The translations under genes and the position numbers were made by a program. A stretch of 64,000 nt of DNA from an uncultured bacterium (GTDB lineage Bacteria; Oederibacteriota; JAAXVQ01; JAUVAV01): NCBI GenBank assembly GCA_963710755.1, contig CAVQBK010000013.1, positions 352,001 to 416,000 on the forward strand. The letters are read 5' to 3'. This document shows positions 8,802 through 17,300 of the stretch, piece by piece; position 1 is the first letter of the stretch; every line of letters begins with the position of its first letter. Under the pieces are notes generated by a model, which saw only the letters and a program-made list of their open reading frames with translations, searched no databases and was not told where the DNA came from.

Positions 8802-10718
8802 TCAATTATTTGCTGGGAGGTCAGTTTTTAACTGCTTGACCCCAAATACCGAAAGGGCTTGCGATTTACCCTTGACTGTCACCGCCTTAAATTCCACGGC
8901 CTCCACCCATGCTTTGACCGCGGCGTAAGTGGACGAAGAAATCAGGATCGTCTCTCCCAATTCCTTGGTTTTACTTTCCAGGCGCGAGGCCACGTTGACC
9001 GTATCTCCGATAACCGTATAGCCCATGGCCTGCTCCGATCCCATATTGCCTACAATGGCTTCCCCGGTGTTGATGCCAATACCGATCTTAATGGGCAGTT
9101 TGCCTTCGGCCTGCCAGCGGGCCTGCATTTTCTCCAGGGCCTTGGTCATATCCAAAGCACATTTGACCGCCCGGATAGGATCATCGCTGTGGGCCACGGG
9201 CGCGCCGAAAATGGCCATGACCGCATCGCCGATAAATTTGTCCACCATGCCGTCATACTTGAAGATCATGTCCGTCCAGACCTGGAAGTATTCATTGAGC
9301 CGCTCCACCACCGCTTCCGGAGGCAGCTGTTCCGACATGGTGGTAAAGCCCCGGATATCGGAAAAAAGCACGGTTACAATCTGTTTGTTGCCCCCCAGGC
9401 GAAGTTTTTCCAATGGATTATGCACCAGTTGTTCCACCACCTTGGGAGACACATAGCGGGAGAACATGGCTTTGATGCGCCGGTTTTGATATTCTTCGGT
9501 AATCAGTCTCACCACCATGACCAGCACATAAGCCGTGGCCATGGTCAGCAGAGGGATCAAGGCGGGAATGAGCACCTTGGTTTGCAGAAATATCATAGCC
9601 CCGACAATGATATAGGCGGCCATATACACAAAGAGTACCAGCAGTCCTTTCCAGGGTTTCAGCCGTATAGTGGTCATGGCCACCAACCAGGCCAATAGAA
9701 AGAGCAGCAGGTAGTTGAGTGCTTCCGGGGAGCGCGTAAGGTAATTATTGTTTAAAATGGTATCGAGGACGTTGGCGTGGATTTCCACTCCGGACATCAA
9801 GCCCGCAGCGCCTGACCCCTGCCCTGCCGGAGTCAGAGCCCGGTAATAAGGCGTCACATGTAAGTCCTGAGCTTCGGTAAAGGTGGGCCCGATTAAAACA
9901 ATCTTGCCTTTAAACAAGCCTGTCTCTTTAAGACCGGAAAAAATATCAGGATCTACAACATTAGCATAAGAAATGGTTTTAAAGTGGCCGGCCCCGCCCC
10001 GGTAATTAATGAGCATGCGGGCACCGGCCTCCACCGGAATGGTCAAATCACCATAAACCAGGCGATTGGGGGTCAAACGGAGAAAAGGTTCCTTAATTTT
10101 AAGGTAGCGGGCCACGATTCTTAACCCAAAGGACTGGTAAAGTTGATTTTGGAACTTTTTAAGCAGCGCCGCATGCCGAATAACCCCGTCATCATCGGCC
10201 CAATAGTTGACGTAGCCTACATGAGTCTTGCGTTCATCTATATCGGGGATAGCTTTCACGTAGCCGGTCTTGAGCTCATTGTGGGTGCGCTGCGTATAAA
10301 ATTTGCTGCCCAGCACGATCCAGGCTCGGGAGCGTTCAATAGCCTCTCCCAGCAAGCGATCCTGATGGCTTAATTCCGCCTTACTCTGTTCAGAGAAAAT
10401 CAAGTCAAAGGCAATGACGTGCGCACCGGCCTGGGAAAGATTATCAATGGCTTTGGCAAACATGGCCCGAGGCCAAGGCCAGCGCACGTTGAGGTCCTCC
10501 ATGGACTGATCGTCAATGGCTACAATAATGATTTTATCATCGGGATAGGGCCCGACGGGCGAGCGCAGAACAAACCGGGCGTCAATGAATTTACCCTCAA
10601 AGGATTGACTGAAATCAAAATGATACAAAACAGCAAACAAACCGCCCACCAGCACGGCAATTAAAAGGGAGATGCGGTTCTTGCCCCAGCTTTTAAGCCA
10701 TTCTCTTAAACGGTGCAT
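8802..10718 (-). CDS. CHASE2-domain class III adenylate cyclase
   Basis: CHASE2 motifs (IVAIDDQS, RWPWPR, DDDGVIR, GVEIHAN), three TM helices, and cyclase motifs LFSDIRGFT, DKFIGDAVM and YTVIGDTVNVASRLE. Start taken from the AAGGAG site before ATG at 10718. Confidence 0.95.
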   Translation of the reverse strand: MHRLREWLKSWGKNRISLLIAVLVGGLFAVLYHFDFSQSFEGKFIDARFVLRSPVGPYPDDKIIIVAIDDQSMEDLNVRWPWPRAMFAKAIDNLSQAGAHVIAFDLIFSEQSKAELSHQDRLLGEAIERSRAWIVLGSKFYTQRTHNELKTGYVKAIPDIDERKTHVGYVNYWADDDGVIRHAALLKKFQNQLYQSFGLRIVARYLKIKEPFLRLTPNRLVYGDLTIPVEAGARMLINYRGGAGHFKTISYANVVDPDIFSGLKETGLFKGKIVLIGPTFTEAQDLHVTPYYRALTPAGQGSGAAGLMSGVEIHANVLDTILNNNYLTRSPEALNYLLLFLLAWLVAMTTIRLKPWKGLLVLFVYMAAYIIVGAMIFLQTKVLIPALIPLLTMATAYVLVMVVRLITEEYQNRRIKAMFSRYVSPKVVEQLVHNPLEKLRLGGNKQIVTVLFSDIRGFTTMSEQLPPEAVVERLNEYFQVWTDMIFKYDGMVDKFIGDAVMAIFGAPVAHSDDPIRAVKCALDMTKALEKMQARWQAEGKLPIKIGIGINTGEAIVGNMGSEQAMGYTVIGDTVNVASRLESKTKELGETILISSSTYAAVKAWVEAVEFKAVTVKGKSQALSVFGVKQLKTDLPANN

Positions 10719-10797
10719 ATGCGCTCCTTTGAATTGACATAATAACATTCGCCCATATTTATCTTAAAGTTAGGTTCCTAGCCGCCCTGTTAATCAC

Positions 10798-12090
10798 CTA
10801 ACCCGAGGATCCCGCCAGCAGCCACTGGCCTTGGACTGCCTGAATTTTTGCTTTCACCAGTTGCCCGGCTCTACCTGCTGTTTTTATCAAAGCCCGGTCG
10901 TATTCTCCGGTGGTGCCGGCCCAAGTACCCTCAGCCGTGGATTGTTCCAGCAGCACGGTCACCTGTTGCCCCACCATGGCCGCACGATGGTGCGCGCCCA
11001 ACTGTTCGGACAGCTGCCGCAGTTTCCTGGCTCTTTCCGTGACAACCCGGGACTGCACTTGATGGGGCATGGTGGCCGCAGACGTCCCCGGCCGGGGGGA
11101 GAAAGGAAAAACATGAATTTTGGCGAGCTCCAAGGTCTGGGCCAGTCTTAGGGAATGACCAAATGCCTCCTCCGTCTCTCCTGGAAAACCTACGATCATG
11201 TCCGCTGTCAGTGTCAAATTGGGCCATTGCGCTTTCAAAGCCAGTAATTGGGCTTCCACCCTGGCGCTGGTATAAGGCCGGTTCATGGCGCGCAGTAGGC
11301 TATCAGCACCGCTCTGAATGGGCAGATGAAGATGAGGGCAACACCAGGCCTTATGCGCAAGCAGGCGTGCCTTTAAGCGTTCCGATAAAAACTGAGGTTC
11401 CAATGAGGACAACCGAATACGGAAATTCCCGCTGAGCCGGGCAATCCTTTCCAGCACCACGTCCAACCCCGGGTCATAAGCCGCCAGATTGACCCCGGTC
11501 AACACCAGTTCCTGATAGCCCTGGTCCAGCAACACTTGGATTTCATTGATAACCTCCCCCACCGGCCGCGAACTGGCGGGACCACGAGCCAGACGCACCC
11601 GGCAATAAGAACATGTCCCATTACAGCCATCCTGAATTTTTATCGCTGCCCGGGCCCGGCCCTGAAAAGAAACACCGGATAGACAGCCGAAAAAACTACT
11701 GGCCTGCGACTCATCACATGCTGTCGTATCCGGTGTTTGCCCCGCCAAGCGGGCCTGCACCAATTGCGCTGCGCGATAACGGTTTTGCTGGTCAATGACA
11801 GCCAGCACCTGCGGCACCTTGATCAGATTTTCCTTTTCCAAAACGGCGTAACAGCCACTCAACACCAGGTGCGCCCGGGGATAAAGACGCGTTACCTGGT
11901 CAATAAAACGGCGGCAATCCCTATCCGCCTTATGGGTCACCGTACAGGTATGCAAGAGCACTAAAGAAGCGGCTTGTTTGTCCTCCACATAATGAAAGCC
12001 TTCCTGTTCGAACTGAGCCTTAAGCATGGCCGCTTCCACCTGATTGACCTTGCATCCGACCACATCCATGGAAAAGGTTGGTAAAGACAT
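10798..12090 (-). CDS. mtaB: tRNA threonylcarbamoyladenosine methylthiotransferase MtaB
   Basis: UPF0004 N-domain (GCKVNQVE, HTCTVT, SGCYA), radical SAM motif KIQDGCNGTCSYC, HVFPFSPRPGT, C-terminal TRAM-like domain. Confidence 0.88.
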   Translation of the reverse strand: MSLPTFSMDVVGCKVNQVEAAMLKAQFEQEGFHYVEDKQAASLVLLHTCTVTHKADRDCRRFIDQVTRLYPRAHLVLSGCYAVLEKENLIKVPQVLAVIDQQNRYRAAQLVQARLAGQTPDTTACDESQASSFFGCLSGVSFQGRARAAIKIQDGCNGTCSYCRVRLARGPASSRPVGEVINEIQVLLDQGYQELVLTGVNLAAYDPGLDVVLERIARLSGNFRIRLSSLEPQFLSERLKARLLAHKAWCCPHLHLPIQSGADSLLRAMNRPYTSARVEAQLLALKAQWPNLTLTADMIVGFPGETEEAFGHSLRLAQTLELAKIHVFPFSPRPGTSAATMPHQVQSRVVTERARKLRQLSEQLGAHHRAAMVGQQVTVLLEQSTAEGTWAGTTGEYDRALIKTAGRAGQLVKAKIQAVQGQWLLAGSSG

Positions 12091-12167
12091 GACGAAAACA
12101 TCCTTATACGATTAAATCCGCTTGGCCAAAGAAAAGCGATGTGGTTTGGAAACCTTTGGTATTGTTA

Positions 12168-12199
12168 TTGTAGGGAACAGGCAGGCCTGTTCTCTACAA
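12168..12199. repeat. GTAG-type REP-like palindrome
   Basis: ttGTAGGGAACAGGCAGGCCTGTTCTCTACaa; related copies lie at 14316, 31209, 39060 and 55234. Confidence 0.75.
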
Positions 12200-12310
12200 C
12201 GGCACTTTCAAGCAAGTCCGCCCGCCGGGGCGCACAGTAAAAAAGCCCCTGTGGCTAAAAAAGGCAACAGGGGCATCATGCCATTTCATTTTCACTGCTG
12301 TCAACGGCCA

Positions 12311-12343
12311 AATAAAAAACCCCGCATTTCTATGCGGGGTTTT
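12311..12343 (-). terminator. Intrinsic terminator after the V4R gene pair
   Basis: AAAACCCCGCAT-loop-ATGCGGGGTTTT stem with a U-run on the minus strand. A second hairpin with a U-run lies at about 12240-12275. Confidence 0.75.
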
Positions 12344-12421
12344 GGGAGACGAAAGGGAGAACAGCTTTTTGCATTCTGCTTCAGTGCCCCCAGTTTAATA
12401 CGAGGTCAAAGCAGGAAGGCC

Positions 12422-12643
12422 TTAAATAATGCTCATCAATTTTCTCTTGGCCTCTTCGCCTTTGACCGGATTGCTAAAAGAAGCAATGGATTTGCTGATG
12501 TAGTCGGCCAGTTGCGGCAGGTCGGCATAGGATATATCATCCACGGTGATCCCCAACCGTTTGACCTGGGTTTGTAAAATCGGACCGGGGAAATGGCTGT
12601 ACTCCCTGATGATATCGCTTATTTTCTGTGCTAAATCATTCAT
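12422..12643 (-). CDS. Small helical hypothetical protein (73 aa)
   Basis: GGAG site before ATG at 12643 (MNDLAQKIS...), 16 nt downstream of the V4R gene and followed by a terminator. Confidence 0.7.
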   Translation of the reverse strand: MNDLAQKISDIIREYSHFPGPILQTQVKRLGITVDDISYADLPQLADYISKSIASFSNPVKGEEAKRKLMSII

Positions 12644-12659
12644 CGCTACTCCGATTGTT

Positions 12660-13295
12660 TTATTGGGCAAGCTGTTTTTCATAATCATCCAACTTCTCAT
12701 AGGGAGCCATGATAAACTCGCAACGGTCATCACCCTTGGCCGTACATTTAATTTCCCGGGCATGGACCTCCAAGCCGTAGGCTTCGGAACACCACCCGGC
12801 CGAATAACCGGCGCTGAAGAAACAAATGGGTTTGGTGGGTTTTATGGTTTTACGCAAATAAATTTCCGATTCAAAGGTATTGGGATGCTGATAGTGGAGA
12901 AAATAATCCTGATTGGGAGCAGGTTTGGAGTCCGGATAAATATCCACCTTTGCCCAACCGGTATGGGCGAACATCACCGGACCGGTGGACAATTTTTCCG
13001 TAGGGTCCTGCAATTTCCTGGTTTCACTGAAGGCTTTGGAGTCCGCCTTGCCGATAATGCGAGCCATATTGTAAATAAATTCCTGAGCTTGCTCGTCCCC
13101 AAAGGATTGTTCCAATTGGTCAAAAAGTGCTACAAACATGCTTTCCGCCCGCACCAGGACATAACGTTGATCGCCGATGTAGAGCTGGCCTTTCTCCGGA
13201 TCGCGTTTAAACTCCGAAAACAAACCTTCCACGTACTTTTCAGCCACATCAAACAGCGGGCTGAATTGGGCTGGGACAGTGACGGTTTTAGGCAT
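12660..13295 (-). CDS. Stand-alone XylR-N/V4R (4-vinyl reductase) ligand-binding protein
   Basis: GQLYIGDQRYVLVRA, FAHTGWAKV and ICFFSAGYSAGWCSEAYG..V...EIKCTAKGDDRCEF motifs; AGGAG site before ATG at 13295. Confidence 0.85.
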   Translation of the reverse strand: MPKTVTVPAQFSPLFDVAEKYVEGLFSEFKRDPEKGQLYIGDQRYVLVRAESMFVALFDQLEQSFGDEQAQEFIYNMARIIGKADSKAFSETRKLQDPTEKLSTGPVMFAHTGWAKVDIYPDSKPAPNQDYFLHYQHPNTFESEIYLRKTIKPTKPICFFSAGYSAGWCSEAYGLEVHAREIKCTAKGDDRCEFIMAPYEKLDDYEKQLAQ

Positions 13296-13620
13296 CAGCA
13301 AGGCTCCTTTTTCGTTTAAAATATGGTTATCATAATAAACGGCATTCTAATTTTTTTCTATAGTAAAAAAGTGGTGTTTCAAGCAATCTTTTTTTACTAA
13401 ACGGAACGCTTCACGATTACGCCTGGCAGGCGTATTGTTAATTCAGCCTGCAAGGATGAAAAATTGCGCGTTTACAAATTATCGCTGAAGCCCTCTATCC
13501 TATTCATTTTTCTTTGATTTTTATGGTACACTGACAAGGCTATTGTAATGAGTCAGCGGCCTCAAGAGCGTTGGAACGGCCGGTTGCCATACCACCTTGG
13601 GTTTGAACTGAGGATGAAAA

Positions 13621-14235
13621 TTGATGGTACCTATAAAAGCATTTTGGCAGGAAGTGCTTAATCTTAATAATTTTTTTCTAAACCCCGTTCGTTATTTCAG
13701 ACGTTTGGTCCAAAATCCCTCCTGGCTTCCGGGAAGCGCGGCTTTGCTAATGATAACCCTTTTGTTCGGCGCCACCACGGTGCTGGCGGAATTAAATCAC
13801 ATCCCATTTCAGGAAACCCCGCTGCTCAATTTTAAGCACTACCGATTGGTACAAGCTTTGTTCTTGGTGGTCATTTATTCTCTGGGATGGTGGCTATGCA
13901 GCATCTTTTATTATTATTTTTTAAAATTATATCGTGAAGAGAAATCGCTGACTTATGTAGCACAGGTCATCGGACCGTCTTTATTCCTGCCTATGGTGGC
14001 CATGGCGTGGCCTACGGAATTGGCTTTGTCCATGGGCCTGCTCAATTACACCATGAGTGGGTTTCCTGGTTTGTGGGTGCGCCACTTGGTTCCGGCTATG
14101 ACTTTTTTATACATGCTGTTTATGCTTTGGCTGCTGAGCATGGAGGCGTTCACCTTGCTGATGAAGGAAGCGTTTACCATCACCATGCTCTCACTTCTGC
14201 CGGTCTTGGTACTTTGGTCCTTTTTATTGCGTTAG
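13621..14235 (+). CDS. Multi-pass membrane protein, Yip1-like
   Basis: NPVRYFRRL N-terminal motif followed by about five hydrophobic helices. Confidence 0.6.
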   Translation: MMVPIKAFWQEVLNLNNFFLNPVRYFRRLVQNPSWLPGSAALLMITLLFGATTVLAELNHIPFQETPLLNFKHYRLVQALFLVVIYSLGWWLCSIFYYYFLKLYREEKSLTYVAQVIGPSLFLPMVAMAWPTELALSMGLLNYTMSGFPGLWVRHLVPAMTFLYMLFMLWLLSMEAFTLLMKEAFTITMLSLLPVLVLWSFLLR

Positions 14236-14315
14236 CAGGTTTTATTTCAGATTTTTTTTTGAAAGATCACGGTCATAATCGTCCAGTCCTTGGGCCACAG
14301 AAAAAATACCATTTA

Positions 14316-14342
14316 TAGGGTACAGGCATGCCCGTACCCTAC
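14316..14342. repeat. GTAG-type REP-like palindrome
   Basis: Minus strand GTAGGGTACGGGCATGCCTGTACCCTA, between convergent genes. Confidence 0.7.
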
Positions 14343-14375
14343 GCAAACCGCAATCTGATTCAAATGCTCCTCGCC

Positions 14376-17300
14376 TTACGCCGATCCGCCGCTGGTCAAG
14401 GCTTGCCGTTTAAACAACTTGTCAACCAGTTCCCTGTTTTCTTCCCAAATCATGCCATCTTGAGGTGCACTCATGATACTCATAAATTGTCCCAATCGCC
14501 CCCGTGAGTAAGCCGGCAACACGGCGGGTATATCAAATTGCATCTTCAACCCCTGCGGCGCCGCGCCGGCATAGCGCTGGCCAATGGTCGTGGTTTTGGC
14601 ACCCAGTTGGCGGAAAAATTCATTATAAAATTCCAAAGCTTGCGTCAAGTCTTTATCAGCTTGGGTGGCCTGATGCGCCTGACCCTTGGCTTTAGCCAGT
14701 ACCAGGAGGTGATGACGCTCCTTCAGCATGTCCTGCAGGCCCAAGGCCAAATTCAATAAGGCCTGAGTACGCTGTTGTTCCTCCTTGGCCAATAAATAGT
14801 CCATGGTATAAAGTCCCAATCCTTGTGTATTTTGCACGGCTTCCATCTCGGCCATCGCCTGAGCTTGTTGTGGCAATTGTTGCAGCAGGATTTTAAGGGC
14901 GGCTTTGGGATAAGCCCGCTGAAGACGGCCGGCGACAAGATTGTTAACCACATTGGGATGATTCAGCAGATAGCCGTAAAATTTGGCCAGGCCTCGGGAA
15001 GGCCAGGCCCGGTTTAGGTCAACGGCTGAAGGCAGGTTTAGCTTTTGGCCGCGAAATAATTGAAAGGACACTTGATTAAACAGCTCAGGCGCCCGGCCCT
15101 GTAACACCGCCTGTACCTGCGTTTGCGGCCCCTGCACTTCATAGATATGGGGCAGGTAAAAATCAAGACCAGCCAAAAGCTGCTTCTCCCCCCGGGCATC
15201 CTGCATGACCGCCAGACTCTTATCCGAGGTGTCGTCACCGGTTTCCAGCAACTGATGAGTAGGATTCAGCCTGACCAGCACACCCCGGATGTCCTGAGAT
15301 AGGATCTGGCCGGCTTCAACATCTTGGCGGTCTTTTAAAACCACCGCCTGTTTTTCAGCGCTTACCGCATGTTGAGCCAGCACGCCCAGAGCCTGCAGTC
15401 GGGTTAGTAAAGGGTGTGCCTGGGGCAGGTCTTTCAAGGCCTGTCCCAGCAGCTGGATCTTGGCATCAATCATGCGCTGCAAGGCTGGAGAAACGGACAT
15501 CATCGACACTTGGGAAACAGATTCATCTCTTTCGACAGTCCTGGCCAGGGGCAGGTACGCTTGATCCTGAGCCGGTTGTGATTGCGCCTGCATTAATTCT
15601 TCCAAAACTCTGGTTTCAATCAACCGCTTTTGTTTTTTAACCATGGTTTGCGCATCGCGCAACAACTGGCCCAAAGGTGAAGTTTGGTTTGCCATCACGG
15701 CCAGCAAGGATTCGGGCTGGGCGCGCAGATGCTGCACCTGGGCATGCCGCAGCCACTGGTAAAGGTCAAAGCTGTTGTCTTGATGGAGCTGAGGCACCAG
15801 GCTCCGCGCTTCCTGTTGCAACAGATCCAGCAAACGCAGCAGGGTGACGGAATCCACGGCCGGCAGCTCGGTGCCAAAGCCTTGCAGGTAATCAGTTCTG
15901 GTGAGATGACCGGTCTTTTTTTCCTGAATGACAGCCACCGATTTTAAAACCTGATCATAGTAGCCCAAGCTGATCCGTAAGCGCTGCAATGTATTGCTGG
16001 CCTTGATCCGCCAATAGGTCAGGGCCCGCTGCTGCTCCACTTTAAGAGCCACAGAGCGCTTTACCCACCCGGCTAAAAGTGGTACACGGCCTTCATCCGC
16101 ATTGAGGGCGCTAATGAGCATAGCTTGCTGGGCCGGCGTTAGGGATAGTCGACCCAGTGCAACATTAAGTTGGTTGGGCATAAACTCAGGCGCTAAATCC
16201 TGCAACCGCGACAATTCATTGGGCAGAAAATGATGCTCTGCCACAAAAGCCGCCAACTTCTCCACATTACCCTGGGTCCAATCAGGCCTTTGCGGGCTGG
16301 CCCAGGCCCCTGTTGTAAACAGAACCAGACTAATCATCATCAGTTGCAGACCGCGGCCGATCACACGTATCAGGCGCAAGCTACCCGGGCTGATTTTAGA
16401 AATAGGCGTATTGATTTTAAAAGCAGCGGAACTAAGTGATTTGACCAGAGGCATGGCCTGAGCAGCTTCATGGCGCATGGTCACAATCCCCAAACCTGCC
16501 GCCATCATCAAAATTGAGGTCAGGCCATTGGAATCGGCAAAGAGCATCCATAAAAGGCCTGTGGCCAGCATGGCGGCCGTAAACACCACCGCTAAAGAAG
16601 TAAATTGCAGTATCACCTGTTTGCGGTCATTGGCCGTGGCCGGCCTTTCTTTTCCACTTATATCGTCATAGACCCGGTGCCAGTGCAACCAGGTAAAGAG
16701 TCCTGCCGTGGCTCCAATCCCAGCGGCCAGTAAGGCCAGCGGCCAAGCTAAGGCCGCAAGGGTCACGCTGCCTGCCATAAGGGTGCTGATTAAAGGTGCT
16801 GTCGCCAAAGCCATGACAGCGCTTAGCAGCACATCTTCTGTTTTTTGGGTAATGGTTTTTTCCGTACGGTCTTGGAAGATGCCGAAGGTGAGCAAATGGA
16901 TAGCCTCTTTAAGCACAGGGCTGGTATGGCGGGCCGAGGCCGGGGCCCAGTGATCCTTAAACTTATCAAGCTCGATTCGTCGTGCGTTATCACCGGGGGC
17001 GATACTTAACTTAGTGGCCCAATAGGCCAATTCGCCTATAGTTTTTGCCCTCTTTCCGCCTTCTTTAGAATAACGGTCATAAAGGCTCAGGATAAGGTGC
17101 ATGTCTTTTAAGAATCGGCTAATACCTGAAACAGGAGGGTGCTCTTTCCAATAGGACAAATCGCCTTCGGTAACCGTTAGATTTCCCCACGTTTGGCTGA
17201 GTAATGGGCTTCCCAATTCTTCCAATGATGACTGATCAACGTGCTCTGGCTGGGTTACTTTAAATACTCCTTTAAAATTCTCGAGCGTTTGATTGCCCTT

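Noticed and set aside
8859-9698. 279-aa plus-strand ORF
   Set aside because: Antisense to the conserved cyclase domain; no recognisable motifs.
12546-13319. 257-aa plus-strand ORF
   Set aside because: Antisense to the V4R gene, which has clear motifs, a ribosome-binding site and a terminator.
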